Source: Candidatus Altimarinota bacterium (GTDB taxonomy: Bacteria; Patescibacteriota; Gracilibacteria; 1-14-2-50-48-13). From it: a stretch of 64,000 bases of DNA. The notes beneath the pieces were generated by a model. It searched no databases. It was not told the origin of the DNA and saw nothing but the letters and a program-made list of their open reading frames with translations. Location: assembly GCA_046314355.1 (NCBI GenBank), contig JBKBWQ010000001.1:640001-704000 (forward strand), given 5' to 3'. The translations under genes and the position numbers were made by a program. Numbering within the stretch: position 1 is the first letter of the stretch; every line of letters begins with the position of its first letter. Positions 41,251 through 50,409 of this stretch are shown here, piece after piece.

Positions 41251-42672
41251 ATGACAAAGATTGATAAACTATTTGGTATAGTTGCATCCGTATTACTTTT
41301 TATCGTTCTTGGATTGATACTTGGGGGAGATCATACAGTCCCGAAAGTCATGTTTTCACATGCAGAAAAAACTATCACTCCCAAAACAAGCCAACTCTCT
41401 TTTACGTTCAACCGAGAAATGGACAAGAACAGTGTAGAGTCAGGATTTACACTTACACCATCAGTGGAAGGCACTTTTAGTTGGTCAGGGAAAAAAGCTG
41501 CATTTACTCTCTCGAAACCTCTTGAATATACTACTAACTATACTCTTTCTCTCAAGAATGTAATTGATAAAAACGGTGTTCCCTTACCCGCTTATGAATC
41601 TGCATTTAATACAAGGAGTCCGCTTTTGAGTTATATAGGGACCGAAAATGAAGAGAAAAGAAAGATTATTCTTTATGATCTCAATACAAAAATAAAACAG
41701 ATTCTTCCCACGAATAATCTAGATATTTTAAGCATTTATCCTCATCCGAGCGGTCGTTATCTCCTGTTCTTTGCTGTAGATCCTTCCGCTGCTACAAGTA
41801 CTTCTTTAGAAGAATATCAAGAGCTCTATAGCATCAATCTAGAGACAAAGATCATCTCAAAACTCGCCGACAACAAAGGATTCAGAAATAGTGCTCTCTC
41901 CATATCTCCTGACGGAAGCCTTCTTATCATAAGACGGATCGAGCTCGACGAGCATAGATTAGTCTCCCGGTCAGATCATCTCTGGATGGCTTCCTTCCTT
42001 TCTCCTGAATGGAAAAAATTCTGGTATACAGCCGGCAATCCTCCAGTACATTTTACTCCTGATGGCAGATCAGTGCTCGTATGGAACATCAGGGAAGGAT
42101 TTATGCTTCTTCCGATAAGTCAGGGAGATAGTGCCCCTGAACAGATTGGGAACTTTGAACGAAGTTTTGGATTTAGTCCTGACGGTTCTAAGGCACTATT
42201 CACAGAGTTTGAAATGGAAGGCACTACAAGAAATTTTAATCATGTGGTAGCTTTTTATAATAAGGGAGAAAAAATGCCTCTTCTCAAAAATACCGGATCC
42301 ATCATGAATCCTTCTTTTTCAAAGAACGGACGATTTTTTTATTATGTGATGATGAGAAAAGAAGATAATACTCTCGGTGCTCCCCTTTTCCATCTTTATG
42401 CTTATGATTTTGACAAGAATGCTGTACGAGCTATCACACAAGATCCGAATTTTTCAGAGGAACATTTTGCTATATCTCCAGATGAAACTCAGGTTGTATT
42501 CGAAAGATTTCCTTATCTAAGTACAGAAAATAAAGGGATCGATCATCGTCCACTCCTTGAAGCTGCAGAAAAAAGTTATGCCGGAGCCGAACTTTGGAGT
42601 TATGAGACAAATACCATGGGAGGTTTAAAGAACCTTGGAATTAAAGGCAGAAGCCCGAAGTGGGTTGAGTAA
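41251..42672 (+). CDS. Ig-like (Big_5) + TolB-like beta-propeller membrane-anchored protein
   Basis: TFNREMDKNSVE; repeated SPDG/TPDG. Confidence 0.75.
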   Translation: MTKIDKLFGIVASVLLFIVLGLILGGDHTVPKVMFSHAEKTITPKTSQLSFTFNREMDKNSVESGFTLTPSVEGTFSWSGKKAAFTLSKPLEYTTNYTLSLKNVIDKNGVPLPAYESAFNTRSPLLSYIGTENEEKRKIILYDLNTKIKQILPTNNLDILSIYPHPSGRYLLFFAVDPSAATSTSLEEYQELYSINLETKIISKLADNKGFRNSALSISPDGSLLIIRRIELDEHRLVSRSDHLWMASFLSPEWKKFWYTAGNPPVHFTPDGRSVLVWNIREGFMLLPISQGDSAPEQIGNFERSFGFSPDGSKALFTEFEMEGTTRNFNHVVAFYNKGEKMPLLKNTGSIMNPSFSKNGRFFYYVMMRKEDNTLGAPLFHLYAYDFDKNAVRAITQDPNFSEEHFAISPDETQVVFERFPYLSTENKGIDHRPLLEAAEKSYAGAELWSYETNTMGGLKNLGIKGRSPKWVE

Positions 42673-42675
42673 AAA

Positions 42676-42760
42676 CCCTAATTCTTAATTCTTAATCCTC
42701 ATCCTTAATGCTCGAGCAAAATGCTAAAGATAAAGATGAGAACAAAGAGAAGAATTAGGG
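42676..42760. repeat. Inverted hexamer-repeat element between convergent genes
   Basis: CCCTAATTCT(TAATTC-like)n ... (GATAAA/GATGAG-like)n AGAATTAGGG. Confidence 0.55.
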
Positions 42761-42767
42761 GTAGTTC

Positions 42768-43172
42768 TTAGCAGTCAAGCTGAGGAATATTCCCTGTCTG
42801 AAAACCTATTTGTTCTAATACAGAGAGTTTTAATTTGTCCTTACTATTCGCAACCACACCGTTGCAACAATTGTAAAAGGCAAACTTCACACCAAACTGC
42901 TCTTCTAAGATCATTCTGCAGATATCAGTACCTAACAGTCTTGCAATCTGCCTTCCAAGTAAACTATTGGGATCTTCAGTAAAAAGAAACCGTTCTTCAT
43001 TACTTACTTTGAATGCAGCCACAAAGTCTCTGATATATGCTACTCCTTCTTGAAGATCTATTTGAATCCCCTCCCAGAGTATAGCGATCTGTTCTTTTTC
43101 TGTTTTTGTACTTAGATCTTCAAATGTAAGACCTTTATTTTGTAATACTTTTTTTACTGACTGAAATGACAT
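42768..43172 (-). CDS. SCO5389-like protein
   Basis: RLLGTDICR..LEEQFGVKFAFYNCC and terminal LDC resemble, from memory, the actinobacterial SCO5389 family. Confidence 0.6.
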   Translation of the reverse strand: MSFQSVKKVLQNKGLTFEDLSTKTEKEQIAILWEGIQIDLQEGVAYIRDFVAAFKVSNEERFLFTEDPNSLLGRQIARLLGTDICRMILEEQFGVKFAFYNCCNGVVANSKDKLKLSVLEQIGFQTGNIPQLDC

Positions 43173-43239
43173 ATAGATTCCCCCTATGTCTTGATAAATA
43201 ATGTTTCAATAGTGATGTACATTCACTACTGAATTCTAT

Positions 43240-44178
43240 CTACCAATCTTTGTAAGAGAATCCGGGATCAATTTGCAGCGACAAATCTTTTCCAACAGAA
43301 GCATTTCCCCAACTAAGTGCATTTTTTTTGTGAAAAAAGTATGTCTGCTGCTGATAGTGGTCCCAGTCTCTTTTCTGCTCCTTTAATGCATGTATTATAG
43401 AGCTCAGAGTCTGCTGATTCTTCACGTCTAATTCCATCACTTCATATAACTCTCCCCTTTCATTTTCTCTTACCTTTTGCTCCATATAAAATACAGCAAG
43501 GAGATCAGGACCTAATTGAGACTTTAAAAATAGAATATCATCCTCATTTAAAATTTTATTGCCTACCGCATAGAGACACACATTAAATTCTGTACAGTAT
43601 TTTTTATACTGATGAAATACTGATAGAGATTTAAAAGTAGGCTCAACTATGACACAAGTCATATCAAACTTTGTAAATAATCCCGAAGAAAAGGCGTCTG
43701 CTCCAGCAGTCATGTCAATAATAATACATTCATCTCTTTCATCTTTGAGATGATTCAAAAGCAGCTCAATACTGCCAGTCTTTGCATGATAACATTTGGT
43801 GCCTATATCATCTTCAGTAATCTCTCCGGCATTAATCAGTTTAATACCCCGAGAGAAAGATACATACTTATCCCAGAAAGAATGCTGCCCCTTTAAGAGA
43901 AGCTTTTGAGATCCTTTCCCTGGGGGAGTTGTCTTCAACATTTCTGATATGTCTGTAATCAATGAATTATTTCCTTTTATATATTCCTTCAAATACATGA
44001 TCGCTTCTGAAAGTGAAGGCTTCTGTCTCTCGATTCCAAAGAGAGTACTTTCTAGATGCTGATTGATGTCAGCATCTAGAGCTAAAACTTCATTAAAAAA
44101 TTCTTTTGAATACAAGGCAAATGCACTTGATAAGGTAGTTTTTCCACTGCCGCCTTTCCCGACAAAAGCAATTCTCAT
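43240..44178 (-). CDS. CooC-like (MinD/SIMIBI) ATPase, probable metallochaperone
   Basis: MRIAFVGKGGSGKTT, DADINQHL, GTKCYH, DMTAG, VGNK. Confidence 0.85.
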   Translation of the reverse strand: MRIAFVGKGGSGKTTLSSAFALYSKEFFNEVLALDADINQHLESTLFGIERQKPSLSEAIMYLKEYIKGNNSLITDISEMLKTTPPGKGSQKLLLKGQHSFWDKYVSFSRGIKLINAGEITEDDIGTKCYHAKTGSIELLLNHLKDERDECIIIDMTAGADAFSSGLFTKFDMTCVIVEPTFKSLSVFHQYKKYCTEFNVCLYAVGNKILNEDDILFLKSQLGPDLLAVFYMEQKVRENERGELYEVMELDVKNQQTLSSIIHALKEQKRDWDHYQQQTYFFHKKNALSWGNASVGKDLSLQIDPGFSYKDW

Positions 44179-44188
44179 AAAATATTAT

Positions 44189-44225
44189 GCAACTATGTTG
44201 CGCTATTTATACACAACTGAGTTGC
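44189..44225. promoter_or_regulatory. Tandem palindromic operators between the ATPase and the Fur/Zur gene
   Basis: GCAACTATGTTGC (44189-44201) and ACAACTGAGTTGC (44213-44225), 24 bp apart. Confidence 0.65.
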
Positions 44226-44363
44226 GTATGTCAAGAAAATAAACTTAATAACGAGTAATAAAGTAATACGAGATATTTATTAAGCTCTTTTCGGATCAAA
44301 TCATCATGCTCTTGCCTCACATCTCTTACGCCACTATACTACCTACAACATTACACTACTTCT

Positions 44364-44807
44364 ATGCACGAACATCTTTCCGGTACACATTCAAAATTAA
44401 AGGACGACCTTAAATCTCAGGGGTTCCGTATGACAAAAACCCGAGAGAGTATCCTGAAGATTCTTTCACACCACAAGGAGCCAATAAGTGTTCCTGAGAT
44501 TTTAGAATGTCTCTCTCACGAGGATATTAATGTAAATAAAACCACAGCCTATAGAGAACTTGATTTTCTACTTGAACAAGGATTCATACAGGAGCTTGAT
44601 TTCGGAGATAGAAAAAAAAGGTATGAGCTCTCAGAGAGAGATCATCATCATCACCTTATTTGTGAAAATTGTACTAGTGTACAAGATATAGCACTAGATG
44701 AAGATCTAAAAAAAGAAGAAGAAATAATCAAAAAATCAACCGGCTTTCAGGTAAAAAGACATGCGTTAGAATTTTTTGGATTATGTGAGAAGTGTAGAAA
44801 AGAGTAA
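44364..44807 (+). CDS. Fur-family regulator, probably Zur
   Basis: TTAYREL, HHHHLICENC, FFGLCEKC; zinc-uptake context. Confidence 0.9.
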   Translation: MHEHLSGTHSKLKDDLKSQGFRMTKTRESILKILSHHKEPISVPEILECLSHEDINVNKTTAYRELDFLLEQGFIQELDFGDRKKRYELSERDHHHHLICENCTSVQDIALDEDLKKEEEIIKKSTGFQVKRHALEFFGLCEKCRKE

Positions 44808-44825
44808 TGAAGACTTCTTCCTACA

Positions 44826-45398
44826 TTACTCTTTTAACAGTGCTTTAAATTCTGCTACTTCCTTCTGCTGAGTCAGTACAATGTCCCTAGCCATCTTCTG
44901 AAGCTCAGGTCTCTTTGTGTATTTCATGAGATCATAGGCCATCTCAATAGCTCCTTCATGATGGATAATCATGCCTGTCATATATGCTTTATCAAGAGCA
45001 GCAGGAGATAGGTCTGTGAGCTTAGGCATCATCTGCATGTATTGATTATGATCAGTAACATCCTTTCCAAACCACGTATTACTCCACTCCTTCATCTCAG
45101 CAATCTCTTTCTCCTGCGCATCCACGATTCTCTGAGCAATAACACGAAGCTTCTCATTCTTTGACGTCTCCAGTAAATTCTTGGAACTTATCACTGCCTC
45201 TTCATGATGTGGAATCATCTTAGCTATAAACTCCTCATCAGAAGCTGCCTGCATCATCGAAGTCATATCATGCATAGCTGCCCCAGAAGACATAGAACTA
45301 CCAGAAGAATGACTCACATTTTCCGAAATAGACTGAGTACCACAGCCAGAGAGCAATAGCAAAAAACTCAAAGTAGAAAGAGAAATGAGCTTTTTCAT
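44826..45398 (-). CDS. DUF305 (CopM-like) metal-binding lipoprotein
   Basis: Lipobox LSGC; MIPHHEEAV and MIIHHEGAI; Met-rich. Confidence 0.88.
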   Translation of the reverse strand: MKKLISLSTLSFLLLLSGCGTQSISENVSHSSGSSMSSGAAMHDMTSMMQAASDEEFIAKMIPHHEEAVISSKNLLETSKNEKLRVIAQRIVDAQEKEIAEMKEWSNTWFGKDVTDHNQYMQMMPKLTDLSPAALDKAYMTGMIIHHEGAIEMAYDLMKYTKRPELQKMARDIVLTQQKEVAEFKALLKE

Positions 45399-45725
45399 AG
45401 GAAGAGGAAAAATAGAATATATGACTGAAGTATAGCACCGCAGGAGGCGGAGTGGAAGAGTAACTAGTGACTAGTTACTTATAGTAACTCCAGAATCTAT
45501 AAGTAGACTCAATGATAACGTGCACAAAACTTATGTATTTGGATACTGCAGTTCTGACTTTAGAGATATCTGATTACTCTTAGAAAGCACCCCCTCTGCC
45601 AGACGCTTTTCTCCTCCCCCAAGACTTTTGGTTACCTTTTGGTCACAAAAGTAACGCCCCACCGGCAGGTGAAGAAGAAACAACCTATGAAACACTCCTC
45701 TAATAAACCACTACCCCACAATGGG

Positions 45726-45747
45726 TTCCCGCATACGCGGGAATGAC
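45726..45747 (+). repeat. REP/dRS3-like palindrome
   Basis: TTCCCGC-atac-GCGGGAA-TGAC. Confidence 0.6.
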
Positions 45748-45850
45748 ATATATTACACAGCTATTTTGATTCTTTATTAAAGAATATCCCTTCCTCTCCC
45801 CTCTCTTTTTCATTATAGTGATCCCAACTTTACCTCTCATCTTACCCTCT

Positions 45851-46411
45851 ATGATTCTCTCAGACCGCGATATCAAAGCAGCTCTCGACCAGGGAAATAT
45901 TACCGTAAGCCCCTATGATCCCAAGTATCTTCAGCCGGCATCAATAGATCTGCACCTTGATAAGCACTTTCTTGTGTTTGATAGCCTCTGCAACTATGTC
46001 ATAGATCCAAAAAAGCCTATGGATGATATGATGAAAGAGGTGGTCATAGATGAAGAACATCCCTTTGTGCTGCATCCAGGAGAGTTTGCACTAGGACTTA
46101 TCTATGAGACTACTGGAGTATCAGATGGGTATGTGGGAAGACTTGAAGGAAAAAGCTCTGTAGGAAGAATGGGAGTACTTATCCATGTAACAGCGGGATT
46201 TCTTGACCCAGGAAATTCTCTTAAAATGACATTGGAGCTTCATAATGTATCAAATCTGCCAATCTTGCTCTACTACAAAATGCCTATCGCTCAGATGGCC
46301 TTTGAGCAAATGTCTTCTCCCTGTGAAAAACCTTACTCCAAAGAACTAGGAAGTAAGTATGCAGGTGATATGAAACCGCGAGCGAGCCAAATGTGGAAAA
46401 ATTTTCTGTAA
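45851..46411 (+). CDS. dcd: dCTP deaminase
   Basis: MILSDRDI, QPASIDL, LEGKSSVGR, HVTAGFLDPG, TLELHN. Confidence 0.93.
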   Translation: MILSDRDIKAALDQGNITVSPYDPKYLQPASIDLHLDKHFLVFDSLCNYVIDPKKPMDDMMKEVVIDEEHPFVLHPGEFALGLIYETTGVSDGYVGRLEGKSSVGRMGVLIHVTAGFLDPGNSLKMTLELHNVSNLPILLYYKMPIAQMAFEQMSSPCEKPYSKELGSKYAGDMKPRASQMWKNFL

Positions 46412-46424
46412 GAAAATAATTTTT

Positions 46425-46943
46425 CTACTTTTTCTCCATAACAATAGCCTCACCCATAAAAGGAAGTTCATGTATCAGATCATGAGCTTCCTTTTCAAAA
46501 TGAGAAAGAAGCTGAGACATAATTTTTTGAGCAGAATCAAAGTCTTCAAAGATCATATATTTCTCCCAACCCGGAGAGACGAATACTTCTTTTTTATTCT
46601 TAGCATCAAAGGAATTTACAAAAGTATGAAACTTTGTACTTGGCATCCGAAGAATAGTCTTAGTAATATCTAATTCAGGCTTTTCAATAAAAAGGTTTGT
46701 ATAAATAGAAAATCTTAACCCCTCCATATCTACGATAAATCTTGATTTTTCCTCATTATTTCGGATCTGATTCCATAATTGTTCGGCGAGCCACTGAGCT
46801 TCAAGTCTAAAAGTCTGACCTATAATAGAGTGCTTATCTATGGAAAAATATTCAATCAAAGTATCTTCGATACGTTTTATCTGTACCTGTTCTTCTATTT
46901 TTTCTTTCTCCTTAGTTCTTTCAATATGTTTTAGTAGATTCAT
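46425..46943 (-). CDS. Hypothetical protein (start likely MNLLK)
   Basis: ORF, no motif recognised. Confidence 0.55.
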   Translation of the reverse strand: MNLLKHIERTKEKEKIEEQVQIKRIEDTLIEYFSIDKHSIIGQTFRLEAQWLAEQLWNQIRNNEEKSRFIVDMEGLRFSIYTNLFIEKPELDITKTILRMPSTKFHTFVNSFDAKNKKEVFVSPGWEKYMIFEDFDSAQKIMSQLLSHFEKEAHDLIHELPFMGEAIVMEKK

Positions 46944-47071
46944 ACACAATATAGTAATAGCGGCACGTACTATCGTGTATCTATGCTCAGAAGTCAAGAA
47001 AAGTTTTGCGACTTCGTATTTGCAAAAAGTATAAAAAAAAGTAGGATAAGGCTACCTACTAATTATGAATT

Positions 47072-47383
47072 ATGAATCCTCAAGATATTCCTGAAATACT
47101 ACCAGCTGGTATGGACGAAGAAAGATTTTTAGAAATGGAAGGCCATGTCCTGAGAGTTATGGACATGAATGAGCACGATAAAATGGCAGAACCTATCGAA
47201 GCCGAGAGAGGCGAGCTCAGATATTTCTGCAAAAACAAAGACTGCACGCAAAATACAGGACCATATACGTTAGATTATGATCCTGAGACTACCTATAAAG
47301 CACCTATATGTCCTGCATGCGGAGGCTCCCAAGTAAGCTTAGGTACAAGAGAGAGTATCGTTTCACACTTCCGGATCAAATAG
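47072..47383 (+). CDS. Small zinc-finger-like protein
   Basis: CKNKDC ... CPACG. Confidence 0.65.
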   Translation: MNPQDIPEILPAGMDEERFLEMEGHVLRVMDMNEHDKMAEPIEAERGELRYFCKNKDCTQNTGPYTLDYDPETTYKAPICPACGGSQVSLGTRESIVSHFRIK

Positions 47384-47385
47384 TT

Positions 47386-48447
47386 CTACTCCTCGTTTAG
47401 ACTTAAATTCGCACGCTTTACACGGAGAAGATATTCTTCACCGATAGTGTCGTTTACCTTTCCTTCAAGCATAAGATTCTCGATGGCTTTTTCCATGGTA
47501 ATCATTCCATCAGACTTTGAAGTCTCAAGGATAGAGCGGATCTGATATGTCTGTCCTTTTCGGATAAGATGAGCGATTGCATGGTTATTGAACATGATCT
47601 CCACTGCAGGGATAACTCCAGTCCCCTCCTTATTTGGAATAAGCGACTGCCATACTACAGCACGAAGGACCTGTGAAAGCTGTACCCGGGTCTGCTGCTG
47701 TCTGTCAGCTGGAAATGCATCAATAATACGGTCAATAGCGTGGATAGCTCCTGCTGTATGTAGTGTAGAAAATACAAGTGCTCCTGTCTCAGCTGCGGTC
47801 ATAGCAAGAGACATTGTCTCAAGGTCTCGCATTTCTCCAAGTAAAAGAACATCTACTGCTTCACGGAAAGAACCTCTAAGAGCCTTAAAGAAGTTATGTG
47901 AATGTTCAGGGATTTCACGCTGATCCACAAGAGACTGTTTATTTTCAAACTGGTACTCAATCGGATCTTCAATGGTCACAATATGTTTCTGGAAATTCTC
48001 GTTGATATAGTCGATAATACTCGCCATAGACGTACTCTTACCTGATCCCATAGTACCCGTAAAGAGAATCAGACCGTTTGAATATTCTGTAAACTTCAAA
48101 AATTCATGTACAGGTACAGAAAGTGTATCAAGTGCAGGTATCTTGCTTTTAATAGGACGGAATACAAGTGCTCCGCCTCGTCCTGTCATAGATGCATTTA
48201 CTCGAAATCTAGAAAGTCCTGCAATACTTACACCAAAGTCCAAATCCTTCTCCTTCTTGAAAAAATCCTTTGCGTGAGCATGAGTGAGCTCAACAAGATA
48301 ATTTTCAATATCCTCTGATGTAAGAATAGGAAGATCCTCTTGGAAGAGTACTTTACCCATGACTTTAAAGGCAGGATGAGAGCCGGTACTTAAGAATATA
48401 TCTGAAGCATTGAGATCAAGTGCCTGACGAAGGTATGTTTGAAGCAT
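47386..48447 (-). CDS. pilT: Type IV pilus retraction ATPase
   Basis: GTMGSGKST, TIEDPIE, GEMRD, AETG, STLHT, AIAHLIRK (AIRNLIRE-like). Confidence 0.9.
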   Translation of the reverse strand: MLQTYLRQALDLNASDIFLSTGSHPAFKVMGKVLFQEDLPILTSEDIENYLVELTHAHAKDFFKKEKDLDFGVSIAGLSRFRVNASMTGRGGALVFRPIKSKIPALDTLSVPVHEFLKFTEYSNGLILFTGTMGSGKSTSMASIIDYINENFQKHIVTIEDPIEYQFENKQSLVDQREIPEHSHNFFKALRGSFREAVDVLLLGEMRDLETMSLAMTAAETGALVFSTLHTAGAIHAIDRIIDAFPADRQQQTRVQLSQVLRAVVWQSLIPNKEGTGVIPAVEIMFNNHAIAHLIRKGQTYQIRSILETSKSDGMITMEKAIENLMLEGKVNDTIGEEYLLRVKRANLSLNEE

Positions 48448-48550
48448 AGAGAAAAATTAGGATATTCATAGAAGTATAACATAAAGTGTATACTTCTTAC
48501 AATATCGCATTCATACAGAATATAAATTTATACCATTCTCAATCATAGCA

Positions 48551-49960
48551 CTACTTTTTTACCCTTGGAGTACTTGTTCCATCTGCTTGTTGCTTCAATA
48601 TTGATAACAAACGTATATATTTATCCACCGATTGTAATTCTTCTTTTGTAAGATTCGGTTTTTTGAAATCAATTTTTGTAACTTGATCAGCGTAGTTCTT
48701 GAGCGTAGTACTTTGCATTTTTGATATTTTTTGAGAAGAGATATATGTTCGTAACTCTGTATCATTTTGAAAAAGTAACTTAATATCTCTTAATTTATCA
48801 GACCATTTGTCGCTGCCGTATTCTTCTTGGGCAGCCATAGTGCCAGCTTCTTCTAGAGTTTGTGTAAATGAACTATGTTCCTCTTCACTTTCTTCTATTT
48901 TTTGAGATATTTTTGATGAAGTATCTACTAATAGCTTCCAATATGCATTATATTTTTCTACGTAATCTTGCGCATCAGTTTTGAGGGCAGTTCTTAGTTC
49001 CATTGCAGATTGCGTAATATTCGACAATTTATGCTGTTTAATATACTCATTAATTTTCTGTCCCTGAGGATTATATGTAAGAAAATGATCAATAGTATTC
49101 ATTCTATTTAATAATACATCTTGATCAATAAGTCCTGTACCATGCTCATTAGGACGAGTCTTGAAAAGGTCTTCCAAAGTTACTTTCATGAAGTTTCTTG
49201 ATTTATCTACATCATTTTGCAATGAATTATTATTTAAGATATTTCCTTTATCATCAAACACAAGCCTTCCTAAAGAAGAGGATCTATCAAGTAACTGACG
49301 TGACAGATCTTGTGAGACATATACTTCTTTTTGATTTAAGAAAGCTTTATATAAAGGAAGAAAATTAGTATGGTCTTTATTTACAGGAGAAAAATATGAG
49401 TATTCCTTCTTACCATTAATGGTCATTTCTTTTTGATAAATATTTCCTTTGAAAGGTGTGACTTCTTTAGAATCCATCTGCGCAAGTTTGATAGCTGATT
49501 CTGGATCTCGAATTAACTTCGAAAGATTAGTAAATTTTTCCTGTTCACCTGCATCATTCAATTTACTTACAGCATTATTAATTGTTTTAGCATTTTCTAA
49601 AAAAATGTTATTTTTATCAGCGCTTAAAGAAAAAGAATTAAGATCAAAATGTTTATTATTTAATTCTGTAGCAGTATTTAATAAATTGCTGGCTTCATTT
49701 TTTTTATCTTCTATTCCAGAATTAAATGTTGTTACCAATCCTCCTACATTTAAATCTATAGGCTTAATATTAAAACTCTTTACATCAATTTTCTTTTGAT
49801 CAAATCCGTTAACAACTTTTAATGCATTGTCTAGAACAACATCATTCTTTGTCTTAAAGTCTTTTAGTTTATCCGAAATATTATCAAAAGCATTAAATTT
49901 CTTTTCACTAAACGTGCCTTCAAATTTCGAATTATTAAGAGAAAAATTTTCAGAAGACAT
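48551..49960 (-). CDS. Hypothetical N/K-rich protein without signal peptide (469 aa)
   Basis: Long low-GC ORF. Confidence 0.75.
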   Translation of the reverse strand: MSSENFSLNNSKFEGTFSEKKFNAFDNISDKLKDFKTKNDVVLDNALKVVNGFDQKKIDVKSFNIKPIDLNVGGLVTTFNSGIEDKKNEASNLLNTATELNNKHFDLNSFSLSADKNNIFLENAKTINNAVSKLNDAGEQEKFTNLSKLIRDPESAIKLAQMDSKEVTPFKGNIYQKEMTINGKKEYSYFSPVNKDHTNFLPLYKAFLNQKEVYVSQDLSRQLLDRSSSLGRLVFDDKGNILNNNSLQNDVDKSRNFMKVTLEDLFKTRPNEHGTGLIDQDVLLNRMNTIDHFLTYNPQGQKINEYIKQHKLSNITQSAMELRTALKTDAQDYVEKYNAYWKLLVDTSSKISQKIEESEEEHSSFTQTLEEAGTMAAQEEYGSDKWSDKLRDIKLLFQNDTELRTYISSQKISKMQSTTLKNYADQVTKIDFKKPNLTKEELQSVDKYIRLLSILKQQADGTSTPRVKK

Positions 49961-49963
49961 AAA

Positions 49964-50284
49964 TTAGTTGTTATTGAAGTTATTTAGAAGGTCGCTTGTT
50001 TCATTTTCTACCTCTTTAGACTCAAGCAACTCTATAGTATGAAGTAGTACTTTCTTTTCACTATTGATTTTTTCAGCAAGTGTATTGATTTTCTTAGCAG
50101 TTTCTTCAATGTCCTGCTGAATAAGTTCTTCATTTTGTAACACTAATTCCCTGCACTGTTCAAGAATTGGTTCAGCTTCCGCCATAGTCAGTTCAGATGC
50201 TTCTTCTTTAAGACGTATAGTTTTTATAAGTTCTGGTTTAATGTAACCATATGATGCTAATTCATCGCTAATTGGAGTACTCAT
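49964..50284 (-). CDS. Small acidic coiled-coil protein (106 aa)
   Basis: Ends 3 nt before the next gene; C-terminus SDLLNNFN resembles that of 9158..9487. Confidence 0.7.
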   Translation of the reverse strand: MSTPISDELASYGYIKPELIKTIRLKEEASELTMAEAEPILEQCRELVLQNEELIQQDIEETAKKINTLAEKINSEKKVLLHTIELLESKEVENETSDLLNNFNNN

Positions 50285-50359
50285 AAAGCAAAAATAATTT
50301 AATATCTACATAATATACAATAAAATTAATAATATGTAAAGTATTCAGAATGTACTATA

Positions 50360-50391
50360 GAAAAAACCTGTTCCATTTAAACAGGTTTTTC
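50360..50391 (-). terminator. Terminator after proS
   Basis: AAAAACCTGTT-loop-AACAGGTTTTT. Confidence 0.75.
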
Positions 50392-50409
50392 CACGAGCTT
50401 TAAAATTCA

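Noticed and set aside
43240-44178. CO dehydrogenase maturation pathway
   Set aside because: CooC-like fold only; no CODH/ACS genes in the window
45851-46411. Anti-phage dCTP deaminase
   Set aside because: It is the housekeeping trimeric Dcd type, not the kinase-fused Zn-dependent defence enzyme
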